DNA of 64,000 nucleotides from an uncultured bacterium (GTDB lineage Bacteria; Patescibacteriota; Microgenomatia; Levybacterales; UBA12049). Below are positions 48,565 to 58,187 of this stretch, in pieces (within the stretch, counting starts at the first letter, position 1; the number at the start of each line of letters is the position of its first letter). The translations under genes were made by a program, and so were the position numbers. Under the pieces are notes generated by a model. The model was not told the origin of the DNA. It worked only from the letters and a program-made list of their open reading frames with translations, and ran no database searches. The DNA lies in assembly GCA_963826535.1 (NCBI GenBank), contig CAWGXL010000002.1, positions 30,503 to 94,502 of the forward strand, in the 5' to 3' direction.

Positions 48565-48579
48565 AAAAACATAATTCCA

Positions 48580-49971
48580 TTGATAAGTATGAGTAAACAA
48601 TTCCCGGCTAATTTTAAATTTGGCATTGCAGACGCCGACCTTCAAGTAATTGGAGAAGACAATACTAAAAAACTGGAAGGCTCTGAAGAAACAATGTGGT
48701 ATAATTTTGCCGAACATTCAGGAAAAGTACATCAAAACCAAACTCCTGGTGCAGGGATTGATAGATATCACCTTTGGAAAACTGACATAGAGATCATGAA
48801 AAAAATGGGCATAAAACATTACCGGACTTCTATCTCTATGTCCCGAACTCTTGATCAAAACGGGACAGAAAATACAAAAGCTATTCAGTGGTATGAAAAA
48901 TATTTTAAAGCTATAAAAAGCGCAGGTATATCTATATATCCTACCCTATACCACTGGGAACTCCCACAGTATCTTTTAGAGGAAGGCGGATGGGAGAACG
49001 AGAAATCCGGTGAATATCTTGTTAAGCATGCAAAAATTGTCGCAAAATATTTGGGAGAATATATTACAGAATATTTTATTTTAAATGAACCATGGTGTTC
49101 ATCAATTTTGAGTTACTTTCATGGTAAACATGCACCGGGAAAAACGAGCCTAAAAAGCGCGCTTCTTGCAGCCCACAACCTCCTTATAGCCCAGGGGAAA
49201 GTATATAAAACACTTAGTTCTATTTCTAAAGAAAGTATTATCTCTACTGTTTTAAATGTTCAACCCAGCTACGCAAGAAGTACAGATGCTAAAGATCTTC
49301 TTGCAGCACAGTACTCTGATGGCAGTTTTAATAGATGGTTCTTTGATCCTATTTATAAGGGAAAATATCCCGAAGATATGGTAGAGCTATATGGAAAGAG
49401 TATGCCTTCTATTTCAGATGCTGACATGAAGGTTATAAAAATCGGGGATAAACTTCACACCATGGGAGTTAACTTTTATAAAGGAAGTATTGTAAATTAT
49501 AGAGCCGAAAATGAATTGAAATTTAGCGAACTGAACCTGCGAAAGGGGGGAAGAATAAATGGTCTTGGATGGCCAATTTTTTATCCACCTCTATACCCGG
49601 AAGGATTATCTGATATTCTAGGACAGCTATATTATTCTTATAGAGATTATGGACTAAAAAGACTATATATTACAGAAAATGGTATGGCATGGAAGGATAA
49701 ATGGGATGGAAAAAGTAAAATAGTAGAGGATCCTGAACGGGTTTCATATTATAAAGAGCATTTAAAGCAAGTGTATAACTCAATTCTTCGCGGAATTCCT
49801 ATTAAGGGATATTTTGCATGGACATTAATGGATAATTATGAATGGGCGGAAGGCTATTGTCAGGAATCCAGATTTGGTCTTATATACATAGATAGAAACA
49901 CGATGCAACGATTATGGAAAAAAAGCGCATATTGGTATAGAGGTCTTATTAAGAGTAATAACTTAAACTAA
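48580..49971 (+). CDS. glycoside hydrolase family 1 (beta-glucosidase/6-phospho-beta-glucosidase)
   Basis: GH1 N-terminal signature FKFGIADADLQVIG. The acid/base is LNEPW, the nucleophile is YITENG, and the end reads ...DNYEWAEGY. Confidence 0.85.
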   Translation: MISMSKQFPANFKFGIADADLQVIGEDNTKKLEGSEETMWYNFAEHSGKVHQNQTPGAGIDRYHLWKTDIEIMKKMGIKHYRTSISMSRTLDQNGTENTKAIQWYEKYFKAIKSAGISIYPTLYHWELPQYLLEEGGWENEKSGEYLVKHAKIVAKYLGEYITEYFILNEPWCSSILSYFHGKHAPGKTSLKSALLAAHNLLIAQGKVYKTLSSISKESIISTVLNVQPSYARSTDAKDLLAAQYSDGSFNRWFFDPIYKGKYPEDMVELYGKSMPSISDADMKVIKIGDKLHTMGVNFYKGSIVNYRAENELKFSELNLRKGGRINGLGWPIFYPPLYPEGLSDILGQLYYSYRDYGLKRLYITENGMAWKDKWDGKSKIVEDPERVSYYKEHLKQVYNSILRGIPIKGYFAWTLMDNYEWAEGYCQESRFGLIYIDRNTMQRLWKKSAYWYRGLIKSNNLN

Positions 49972-50065
49972 CATATTCACTAATTATGAAAATAACTATC
50001 TATTGGAAGAAAATATACTACATTATCAAGATGATCAACGGTCGATAAACATTGCGCATATATAT

Positions 50066-50093
50066 TTGACAACCTCAATTTTTATGATATAAT
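50066..50093 (+). promoter_or_regulatory. near-consensus sigma70 promoter (TTGACA-16 bp-TGaTATAAT) for the gene at 50109
   Basis: TTGACA at 50066-50071 and extended -10 TGATATAAT at 50085-50093. The ATG is 16 nt downstream. Confidence 0.6.
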
Positions 50094-50108
50094 CTAGACC
50101 TATAATAT

Positions 50109-50699
50109 ATGAAAATAGAAATTGAATCAGGAAGATTACCTATAGACACAGAGCCTATAAAAAAGCCTTTACCTGTTGAGACTTTGAGGCTTATCGAGCA
50201 TGTGAAAAAATCTGGAGGATACGCAGTCTATGAAATTCCACTTGAATCACCGAATTCTTTACAGGATCAAGAAAGGTCAATTTTGGCATTCAGACCTGAC
50301 CCTCTAAATATTTTCCTAAGAGGAAGTCAGGGGCTCCCATACGAGCAGCAACTTGAACGCCTCGAAGCAGAAAAAGCAGCAGTTGAGTTAAGATATCGTG
50401 ACAGCGGTATTATAGTCCGGGTTGGGAAACCTACAGAATGGAAAAGAGTAGCTAGTGAGCATTTTAAAGCAACGGAAGGAAGAGCTAGGATTTTCGGAGA
50501 TCAATATGGAGACACCTGTACCTGGGCAGATGCAAATATTGATATTGCAGCAAGTCATAGATCATCTCCTGGAGGTAGCCGCCGTGCTATTGTCGGTCCT
50601 TGGGAAGAGAATAGTGGGCTCAAGGTCTATTTTGGTATTCCTAATTCCACAGATTCGAGATTAGGATTGGCTCCAATTCTAGAAATTCCTCACAAATAG
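50109..50699 (+). CDS. hypothetical protein (196 aa)
   Basis: ORF with a strong promoter. I recognised no motif. Confidence 0.5.
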   Translation: MKIEIESGRLPIDTEPIKKPLPVETLRLIEHVKKSGGYAVYEIPLESPNSLQDQERSILAFRPDPLNIFLRGSQGLPYEQQLERLEAEKAAVELRYRDSGIIVRVGKPTEWKRVASEHFKATEGRARIFGDQYGDTCTWADANIDIAASHRSSPGGSRRAIVGPWEENSGLKVYFGIPNSTDSRLGLAPILEIPHK

Positions 50700-50959
50700 G
50701 TTTATATCAAATTTTGACTTATTGAAAAAATAGAAAATTATTTGGATTCACATTGGCTTCTTGGCTAGAATCACTTCTGTGTTACTGTTGAATTTTACTG
50801 AAAAAAACAAAAACTGTATCAATCTTTTAAGAAAGCTACAATGTTATCTAGTACTTTTCTTGACCAAAAAAACTGATCAAGATTTTGATTTATCACATTT
50901 TACTCCTCTCGCCTATGAGGGCTGTATATTCTCAGTATTGATGTTATAATTTAATCCTC

Positions 50960-52135
50960 ATGCGGATTAAATTTATTTTTGTTTTTCTTGTTGTTATTCT
51001 GGCTTTAGTTTGTGTCGCTGTTAAACCCGCCCATGCTGTCGAAAATCCGTTTGCCTCTTTTAACAATAAATTCGGCATACATATCCTTTTTCCTGAAGAA
51101 CTATACAACGCGGCGCAGCTGGTAAATAGTTCGGGCGGGGATTGGGGATATGTGACTATTCCGATTCAATCAGGAGATAAAGATATCGTAAAATGGCAGC
51201 AATTTATGAATAGGGCAAAAAAATTGCACATTATTCCAATTATCCGTCTGGCAACAGAAGGAGATTACTTCGATACAAAGGTTTGGAGGAAGCCAAATGA
51301 ATCTGACATTATTGATTTTGCCAACTTTCTTAGCTCAATAGAGTGGCCTGTTAAAAATAGGTACATAATTGTTTTTAATGAGGTTAATCGTGGTGATGAA
51401 TGGGGTGGGAGTACAAACTCCAGTGAGTACGCAAATCTTCTTGGCTATGCCGTAACACTATTTAAATCGAAAAACCAGGATTTTTTTATTATAAGCGCCG
51501 GACTTGATAACGCCGCTCCGGATTTACCTCCTCAATATAAGAATCAATATGATTATTTGAGAGAGATGAATGATGCGGTGCCCGGAATTTTCAATCAAAT
51601 AGATGGTTTATCCAGTCATTCCTATCCTAATCCCGCTTTTTCTCAACCACCAACAGGTTTGAGTAGAATGGGAATTAGAAGTTTTGACTATGAAAGAAAG
51701 TTGGTTAGAAGTATGAACACAAAAGATTTGCCTGTATTTATTACCGAAACAGGCTGGTCCACAAACGAAATATCAGATCTGGCTGCAGCTAATTATTATC
51801 AACATGCATTTAACAATGCTTGGTCTGATAACGGTATTGTGGCAGTTACGCCATTCTTACTTCGTGCAAACGGTTCATTTAATGAATTTTCGTTTATCGC
51901 TGATAATGGCGCCCCATCGGTACAATATCAAATGATAAAATCATTACCAAAAACGAGAGGGTTGCCAATTCTCACACGAAAACCCCCAATGCTTTTGCAA
52001 CTGCAAAAAAAAGTGTTGGGCGTAAGTGACACAACAACTAATTACCGGGATTTTTCAAAAAGTGAAGAGCAGCCAAAAAAGTTTTCACTAACAAACTTGA
52101 GCATGAACGCTTTACGCTGGCTGATTGGTAGTTAG
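50960..52135 (+). CDS. secreted clan GH-A glycoside hydrolase (TIM-barrel; NEVN acid/base and ITETGW nucleophile)
   Basis: Signal peptide MRIKFIFVFLVVILALVCVAVKPAHA, then ...IIVFNEVN... and ...VFITETGWS... motifs about 120 aa apart, as in GH5/GH-A enzymes. Confidence 0.55.
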   Translation: MRIKFIFVFLVVILALVCVAVKPAHAVENPFASFNNKFGIHILFPEELYNAAQLVNSSGGDWGYVTIPIQSGDKDIVKWQQFMNRAKKLHIIPIIRLATEGDYFDTKVWRKPNESDIIDFANFLSSIEWPVKNRYIIVFNEVNRGDEWGGSTNSSEYANLLGYAVTLFKSKNQDFFIISAGLDNAAPDLPPQYKNQYDYLREMNDAVPGIFNQIDGLSSHSYPNPAFSQPPTGLSRMGIRSFDYERKLVRSMNTKDLPVFITETGWSTNEISDLAAANYYQHAFNNAWSDNGIVAVTPFLLRANGSFNEFSFIADNGAPSVQYQMIKSLPKTRGLPILTRKPPMLLQLQKKVLGVSDTTTNYRDFSKSEEQPKKFSLTNLSMNALRWLIGS

Positions 52136-52155
52136 TTATTTATGTTACGCAAAAC

Positions 52156-52271
52156 AATTTGTCATTCCCGCGAACGCGGGAATCCAGTAGGTAAAATAAG
52201 CCTGTTCCATTTATCATTTAATAAGGAAAAGTTATTTATATCTTCTGGATTCCCCTGTCCAGGGGAATGAC
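52156..52271. repeat. Structured palindromic element, copy B: TTGTCATTCC...GGAATGACA termini with two perfect 9-bp hairpins and an additional GGAATCCAG/CTGGATTCC inverted repeat
   Basis: Left arm TTGTC-ATTCCCGCG-aa-CGCGGGAAT-CCAG (52156-52184). A 60-nt AT-rich spacer follows. Right arm CTGG-ATTCCCCTG-tcc-AGGGGAAT-GACA (52245-52271). The arms are reverse complements of each other except in the hairpin cores. Confidence 0.55.
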
Positions 52272-52306
52272 AGCAGTGTGTGTAATTTGGGTTAGGAATT
52301 TTATTT

Positions 52307-52711
52307 ATGGAATGGGATACAGCGGAAGATGTACAAAAAGACATAGAAAGAGTTTTAGCAGTACTTGATCTGCCTTATATTAAAAGTAACAGGATATTTT
52401 GTTATCGCACAAAAGGCTCGAAAGTACGCGCATATGCACGGACTTGGGCAATGCCCAAAATTTTCCAAAGGGCGTTAACCTTACAACCGGCATACGTCAT
52501 CGAAGTGCTTTCAAAGCATTATGATAATTTAGACGCAGACAACAGGACTAAGGTGCTTATTCATGAACTATTACATATACCCAGGAATTTTTCCGGAGCC
52601 TTACTTCCTCATAGGACAAGAAGTAGAAATTTGCACTCGGTTGCGAATCAGCTATTTAAGGAATACAAACTTAAAATAAATCTCAAATTCAAAGCACCAA
52701 ATTCCAAATAA
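52307..52711 (+). CDS. predicted zinc metallopeptidase (HExxH; SprT/DUF45-like small protein)
   Basis: 134 aa with ...TKVLIHELLHIPRNFSGALLPH..., an HExxH motif plus a downstream His, characteristic of minimal SprT/WLM/DUF45-like metallopeptidases. Confidence 0.4.
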   Translation: MEWDTAEDVQKDIERVLAVLDLPYIKSNRIFCYRTKGSKVRAYARTWAMPKIFQRALTLQPAYVIEVLSKHYDNLDADNRTKVLIHELLHIPRNFSGALLPHRTRSRNLHSVANQLFKEYKLKINLKFKAPNSK

Positions 52712-52805
52712 ATTCAAATATCAAAATTCTAAATATAAATAGTTTTGAATTTAATTATTTGGATTTTGATATTATTTAGGATTTGTAATTTTGGATTTGT
52801 AATTT

Positions 52806-53498
52806 ATGCTTACTATAGTTCATGGCTCAGACATTGTTGCATCAAGGAAATTTTTTCTTGCGGAGAAAGAACGATTTGTTGATGCTATCTTACTGAGGGA
52901 AGATGAAATTAATCTAACCCATTTGTCGCAATTGCTTGAAACAGGAGGATTGTTTGAGAAATTACAGACATTATTAATCGAACAATTTTTGACTGAAAGA
53001 AAAAAGAGTACTGAAAAAGAAGCTATTCTTTCCTATCTCGTAAAACAGGCTAAAACGCATACTATCATATTTTGGGAAGGAAAAGAATTAGCTAAAACTA
53101 CTTTTACTCCATTTAAAAATGCTAATATAAAGTCTTTTAAACTTTCATCAAGCCTTTTTGTTTTTCTGGATGCAATAAAACCGAAAAACGGCAGGCAGCT
53201 TGTGCAATTATTTCATAAATCTTTGGAAACAACAGAGCCGGAATTAGTTTTCTTTATGCTAATTAGGCAATTACGTATTCTTCTCTGTATGTCAGAAAAC
53301 CGGGGAGAAACAATATCTGAAGTGGTGCGTCTTGCATCATGGCAAAAAGGCAAAATTGAAAAACAAGCCAAATTATTTGAAAAAGATACTTTGAAAAAAT
53401 ACTACTCCCAACTTTTTGAAATAGAACGAGCACAAAAAACAGGAACGCTGTCTTCACCGCTTATTTCAGCTGTTGACTTTTTTTTGGTAGAGATTTAA
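52806..53498 (+). CDS. DNA polymerase III delta subunit-like protein (HolA-like, short)
   Basis: 230 aa with N-terminus MLTIVHGSDIVASRKFF (compare the delta lyllyGed start) and a lid-like ...ELVFFMLIRQLRILL... segment. Assignment is tentative. Confidence 0.4.
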   Translation: MLTIVHGSDIVASRKFFLAEKERFVDAILLREDEINLTHLSQLLETGGLFEKLQTLLIEQFLTERKKSTEKEAILSYLVKQAKTHTIIFWEGKELAKTTFTPFKNANIKSFKLSSSLFVFLDAIKPKNGRQLVQLFHKSLETTEPELVFFMLIRQLRILLCMSENRGETISEVVRLASWQKGKIEKQAKLFEKDTLKKYYSQLFEIERAQKTGTLSSPLISAVDFFLVEI

Positions 53499-53622
53499 GG
53501 TATAATTAAAAATACAACAGAAGTATCTTATCTAAAAAATGTAGTGGAGCGATTTATCGCTCAAAAATAAGTTAATTTAGAGAATGATAAATCATTCCAC
53601 AACATAATTTAAAAATTCTGAA

Positions 53623-55038
53623 ATGATTAATCCAAAAATTTTTAAAGCTTACGATATTCGTGGCATTTATCCTACCGAACTTGATGAGAAAGCCGCGTAT
53701 ACTATAGCAAAAGCATTTTACACGTTTTTTTCCAAACGACTTGCAAAAAAGAACTTAACAATTGTTGTAGGCGGAGACATGCGCTTATCGACCCCATCAC
53801 TTTTAGAAGCAGTTAATAAGGGGTTGACCGAGAGTGGGGCAGAAATAATTGATGTCGGTCTTGTGTCTACCCCGTCTGTTTATTTTGCAGTCCGGCATTA
53901 TGGCTACGATGCGGGAATCCAGGTTAGCGCTTCGCATAATCCTAAAGAGTATAACGGTCTGAAATCGGTTCTCAACACTCCTGAGGGACTGGTGAAAATT
54001 GGCCTTAATACAGGTATGGATGAAGTCAAGAAAATTGCTGATTCCGGCAATTTTGATCCGCCAGCTGGCGGAAAAGAAACTAACCTGTCCAGCGAAGCGA
54101 AAGCGAAGCGGGGTAAAATCACCAAAAAAGAAGTTCTTGAAGATGATGTCGCGAATGCTTTTGAAGTCATCAAACCTGGGCAAATTAAACCGCTTACAGT
54201 AGTTGCGGACGCGGCAAATGCAATGGGAGCAACTTATCTTGACGCATTGTTCGCAAAATTACCATGTAAACTTATCCGCATGAATTTCGAACTTGACGGC
54301 ACATTTCCCGCGCACCAGGCAGACCCGCTGCAATTTGATACGCTCAAGGATTTGCAAAAACGCGTAATTGACGAAAAAGCTGATCTCGGTATTGCCCCTG
54401 ACGGCGATGGAGACAGGGTATTTTTCATTGATAATAAAGGCGAGATCATACCGGCATCAATTTCTACCGCTATTATTATTCGTGAGATACTCAAAAAGTA
54501 CCCGGGAGTTAAAGTGGGTTTTGATACCAGGTATATTTGGTCGCCCCTTAAAGCTGCAAAGGATTATGGTGGAGTGCCTGTTATTACAAGGGTTGGCCAT
54601 GCTTTAATTACTGAAATCATGCATAAAGAGAATCTATTTTATGCAGGTGAGTCTTCCGGGCATAATTATTGGCGTTTCGCCGGAGGTGCCGAATCTTCAA
54701 TTGCAGTCGTACTTACAATTTTGGACACCCTTTCAAGGGAGAATAAAACTATTTCTGAAATAGTTAGCGAAGTTAGGGCGAGCTATGAATCAGGGGAAAT
54801 AAATTTTGAACTGGGTACTGCTGATAAGGCGAAAAAAAAGATTGAGTTATTTAAAGAGAAGTTCAAGGATGGAAATATTTCCTTGATTGACGGGTTATCG
54901 GTTAATTATGATGATTGGCGGTTTAATTTACGCGCGTCAAATACTGAGCCGCTCTTGCGTTTGAATGTAGAATCAAAAACAAAAGAACTGACAGAGGAGA
55001 AAAAATCAGAGCTTAGCAAACTTATTTTAACTGATTAA
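53623..55038 (+). CDS. phosphoglucomutase/phosphomannomutase
   Basis: Phosphoserine loop GIQVSASHNPKEYNGLK, metal loop APDGDGDR, and a four-domain PGM/PMM length of 471 aa. Confidence 0.85.
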   Translation: MINPKIFKAYDIRGIYPTELDEKAAYTIAKAFYTFFSKRLAKKNLTIVVGGDMRLSTPSLLEAVNKGLTESGAEIIDVGLVSTPSVYFAVRHYGYDAGIQVSASHNPKEYNGLKSVLNTPEGLVKIGLNTGMDEVKKIADSGNFDPPAGGKETNLSSEAKAKRGKITKKEVLEDDVANAFEVIKPGQIKPLTVVADAANAMGATYLDALFAKLPCKLIRMNFELDGTFPAHQADPLQFDTLKDLQKRVIDEKADLGIAPDGDGDRVFFIDNKGEIIPASISTAIIIREILKKYPGVKVGFDTRYIWSPLKAAKDYGGVPVITRVGHALITEIMHKENLFYAGESSGHNYWRFAGGAESSIAVVLTILDTLSRENKTISEIVSEVRASYESGEINFELGTADKAKKKIELFKEKFKDGNISLIDGLSVNYDDWRFNLRASNTEPLLRLNVESKTKELTEEKKSELSKLILTD

Positions 55039-55042
55039 AACA

Positions 55043-55483
55043 ATGATAGACTTTAGCCAAATTGATAAAAACACTTTTACTAATGACCCTTTTGTAAAAA
55101 AAGTAACCAAACCCTGGGGATATGAAATTATTTTTACAACTCCTGATTTGCCTTATACCGGGAAAATAATTCATGTAAATGCAGGAAAACGATTGAGTCT
55201 GCAAGTGCATGACAAAAAACAAGAAAGCTGGCAAATTTTACACGGCCGGGGAAAAGTTATCTGGGAAAATAGTTCCGGTGAACTTATAGAAACTGAACTT
55301 GAGGTAGGTCAAGGATATACCTGCAAAATCGGACAGAGGCATAGACTTGCCGGGATTACCGACTGTGACATTCTTGAAGTTTCGACTCCGGAACTTGGGA
55401 CCACTTATCGCCTTGAAGATGATTATAAAAGACCGGATGAGACAGAAGATATGCGTCAGGAAGAAAGAAAAAAGCTTGAATAA
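55043..55483 (+). CDS. cupin-domain protein (type II mannose-6-phosphate isomerase-like cupin)
   Basis: The sequence ...KPWGYEIIFT...GKRLSLQVHDKKQESWQILHGRGKV... is cupin_2-like with an HxH...E...H arrangement. Confidence 0.6.
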   Translation: MIDFSQIDKNTFTNDPFVKKVTKPWGYEIIFTTPDLPYTGKIIHVNAGKRLSLQVHDKKQESWQILHGRGKVIWENSSGELIETELEVGQGYTCKIGQRHRLAGITDCDILEVSTPELGTTYRLEDDYKRPDETEDMRQEERKKLE

Positions 55484-55486
55484 TTT

Positions 55487-56536
55487 ATGCTGGATTTAAA
55501 TAACATTGAAGAATTGAAAAAAATTGATCCGCAAAACACTTTGGGATCTACAGAACTGTTACCCAAGCAGTGCGAGACAGTTTGGGAGCAGGTCAATAAA
55601 ATTGATGTGCCTAAAAGTTATCGTGAGATAAACAAAATTGTTTTCTGTGGTATGGGGGCATCTATCTATGGAGCATTGGTATTCAAGGCACTGGAGGGTC
55701 GGGGAATGCCCTTCCCTACTGAAGTGGTGTCTGATTATTATTTACCCGAATATGTAGACAGCAATACCTTGGTTGTATTAACCAGCTATTCAGGAACAAC
55801 TGAAGAAGTCCTTTCCTGTGCTCAGGACGCGAAGGCTAAGAAAGCAAAAATGTTGGTACTTACCAAAGGAGGCCCGCTTGCGCAGTTCGCAAGCGATAAT
55901 TCAATACCTGCATATATTTTTGATGGTAAATTAAACCCGGCAGGAGTGCCCCGTCTCGGCAATGGGTACTCTATTCTGGGAATGATCGGTCTTTTAAATA
56001 AGATCGGCATTTTTGAGTTGGGTGAGCATGAAATAACCAACGCTATTACACGTTTGAAGGAAAAGTTCGAGGACATAAAATCTCAAGCACAACAAGATTA
56101 TCAACTATTCATTAATAAGATTCCGATTGTCTTTGCTGCTGAGCATCTCTCGGGTAATGGACAAATATTGCGTAATCAATTCAACGAAACAAGTAAAACC
56201 TTTTCCGCATTCTACCTTATCCCCGACCTTAACCATCATCTTATGGAAGGACTACAATACCCCCAAGGTGCCCCGCTCTATTTCCTTATAATGAATACAC
56301 CCAACTTCTCTGAGAAAATTGAAAAACGGATCGAGTTGACTGTTGATGTTATCAAACAGAATAAGCTTGATGTTTATGAATTTAAAACCAGCGGACAAAC
56401 AATTTATGATGATTTCCTTGAGACGCTACAATATGGGAGTTTCCTCACCTTATACCTCGCGCTTGAATACAAACAAAATCCCGCTATAAATCCCTGGGTG
56501 GATTATTTCAAAAAGAAACTGGCAGAGGACAAATAA
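55487..56536 (+). CDS. bifunctional phosphoglucose/phosphomannose isomerase (SIS domain, archaeal/bacterial PGI-PMI family)
   Basis: SIS-domain start ...IVFCGMGASIYGALVF..., a second SIS-like half, and about 350 aa as in PGI/PMI. Confidence 0.65.
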   Translation: MLDLNNIEELKKIDPQNTLGSTELLPKQCETVWEQVNKIDVPKSYREINKIVFCGMGASIYGALVFKALEGRGMPFPTEVVSDYYLPEYVDSNTLVVLTSYSGTTEEVLSCAQDAKAKKAKMLVLTKGGPLAQFASDNSIPAYIFDGKLNPAGVPRLGNGYSILGMIGLLNKIGIFELGEHEITNAITRLKEKFEDIKSQAQQDYQLFINKIPIVFAAEHLSGNGQILRNQFNETSKTFSAFYLIPDLNHHLMEGLQYPQGAPLYFLIMNTPNFSEKIEKRIELTVDVIKQNKLDVYEFKTSGQTIYDDFLETLQYGSFLTLYLALEYKQNPAINPWVDYFKKKLAEDK

Positions 56537-56554
56537 GCTGCTAATTTTTTAAAT

Positions 56555-57040
56555 TTATCTCGTGACAGAAATCTTATTTGTTAATGGAGATTGAGTATTT
56601 GGAGCAGCTACCATAATCCTTCCATCAGCAGAACTTACAGACACTGTGTACCCCGAATCATATCCCGCACCGCAATTTATATTCACTCCGCCATTCTCTG
56701 AAGTAGGATCTGATGGTAATCCTACTAGATATTTTGTTACCAATGAAGCACAAATATTCGCCCCTGACTCCGAAATGTTTTCAGCATCCGAACCCGGTTT
56801 TGGCATATCGGGAGGATATAACGCTTGATTGTCCGCTGCATATTGATGAATGGCATTTAAGATTTTAATTACGTCAGAATTCCTCTTGGCATTATTAGCC
56901 TCAGCAAATTGTTTGGCTGGATTTATTGCGGTAATTAATATTGCCAATAGAATAGATAGAATACCGATGAAAACTAGAAGTTTAATAAGCACAGATGCTT
57001 TTTTAAATTTTTTTAGTTTAAACAAGCGCGATCTTTTCAT
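56555..57040 (-). CDS. type IV pilin paralog with degenerate prepilin-peptidase site
   Basis: KLKKFKKASVLIKLLVFIGILSILLAILITAINPAKQFAEANNAKRN aligns residue by residue with the neighbouring pilin KLTKFQEGFTLIELLVVIGILAVLLAITLIAINPARQFAQANDTKRK. The cleavage motif G|FTLIE is changed to A-SVLIK. The track ORF starts at an upstream TTG (57100), and ATG 57040 is the more likely start. Confidence 0.55.
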   Translation of the reverse strand: MKRSRLFKLKKFKKASVLIKLLVFIGILSILLAILITAINPAKQFAEANNAKRNSDVIKILNAIHQYAADNQALYPPDMPKPGSDAENISESGANICASLVTKYLVGLPSDPTSENGGVNINCGAGYDSGYTVSVSSADGRIMVAAPNTQSPLTNKISVTR

Positions 57041-57140
57041 CAAAATTTTAAAAATTATATATCCAATAATAATAGTTTCATAATACTGTGGCCTTGTCAA
57101 TGCAATAATAGGGTACTAACACCAAAGCTTAAGTAAACAC

Positions 57141-57162
57141 AAAAAAAACCACCCTAAAGTGG
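57141..57162 (-). terminator. weak intrinsic terminator candidate downstream of the major pilin gene
   Basis: On the minus strand, CCACtttaggGTGG is followed by T8. The stem is only 4-5 bp. Confidence 0.3.
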
Positions 57163-57185
57163 CTTCTTATTTTGTCTTTATTATA

Positions 57186-57659
57186 TTATCTAGTAACAGT
57201 TATATCTGTATCAACATTTGGATTTACTTCACTATCTGCAGTTACTGTTACTCTTCCAAGATTTCTGGTTATAGTATAACCGCTATTATATGTTGTGCAG
57301 CTTGTTATATCTGCCCCATTATTATTTCTTGGATCCTGCGGTAATGCCGGCATATAATTTGGTACTAAATCAGCACATATATTAATTCCTGTATTACTTA
57401 CCTCTCCTGAAGAACTAGCTGTTAACGCTGCCGGATAATTCCCTCTATTATCTGCCATATATGCCCCAACTGCATTTAAGATTTGCGTTGCAGCGCTTTT
57501 TCTCTTTGTATCATTTGCCTGGGCAAACTGTCTTGCGGGATTGATGGCGATAAGTGTAATTGCCAAGAGTACTGCGAGGATTCCGATAACGACTAATAAT
57601 TCAATTAATGTGAAACCTTCCTGAAACTTAGTTAATTTGCGAGCAGATGTATTTTTCAT
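57186..57659 (-). CDS. type IV pilin (class III signal peptide, canonical G|FTLIELLVV)
   Basis: The N-terminus reads MKNTSARKLTKFQEGFTLIELLVVIGILAVLLAITLIAINPARQ. It has 157 aa and C-terminal Cys residues. Confidence 0.85.
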   Translation of the reverse strand: MKNTSARKLTKFQEGFTLIELLVVIGILAVLLAITLIAINPARQFAQANDTKRKSAATQILNAVGAYMADNRGNYPAALTASSSGEVSNTGINICADLVPNYMPALPQDPRNNNGADITSCTTYNSGYTITRNLGRVTVTADSEVNPNVDTDITVTR

Positions 57660-57868
57660 TAAATTTATTTAAGATTTATTTATCTTTATCAATAATTACA
57701 TAACGGATGAGCGCTTGTCAACTAGGAACAAATATATCAAAATAGACCAGTTTTGGTTATTTTAATGATTTTATGGTTGAGCCATTTTAATAATTAAAAT
57801 GAAAATATGTTTTGTTCGTATTTTCTTTCTATTGACATTTCATTTAAATTTCATCTATAACTATATAT

Positions 57869-58126
57869 ATGAGTAATTCCAATCATCCTGATTCAGCCAG
57901 AGCTGTAATTGCATTTTTAATAATTGGGCTAATGGCAGGAATATTTTTAGTTTTTTATCAAAATAGTGATTATATAATGAATTCCAATCAGTTTTATTAT
58001 TTTATGACTCTTGCGGTAGTTGGCGCAGGATTTATGATAGGCTTGCTATATTTAGCAAGTAAACCTGTACAGAAGCATAAGGCTGTTACGCATAAGACGC
58101 ACAAAAAGAAAAGATCCTCGAGATAA
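57869..58126 (+). CDS. small membrane protein (2 TM, basic C-terminus)
   Basis: 85-aa ORF with TM segments AVIAFLIIGLMAGIFLVF and MTLAVVGAGFMIGLLYL, and a KKKRSSR tail. Confidence 0.35.
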   Translation: MSNSNHPDSARAVIAFLIIGLMAGIFLVFYQNSDYIMNSNQFYYFMTLAVVGAGFMIGLLYLASKPVQKHKAVTHKTHKKKRSSR

Positions 58127-58187
58127 ACTTCCAAATTTATATTTTTTTCTAGACTTTTATTAAAGCAAATGAATTATACATCTTGCG

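Noticed and set aside
52162-52344. 60-aa minus-strand ORF overlapping element B
   Set aside because: Same situation as above. It spans the nested palindrome and the start of the next plus-strand gene and has no coding signal.
53538-53560. Hairpin GAGCGATttATCGCTC after the holA-like gene as an intrinsic terminator
   Set aside because: The loop is too tight (2 nt) and it is followed by an A-rich rather than U-rich tract on the coding strand. It is not convincing.
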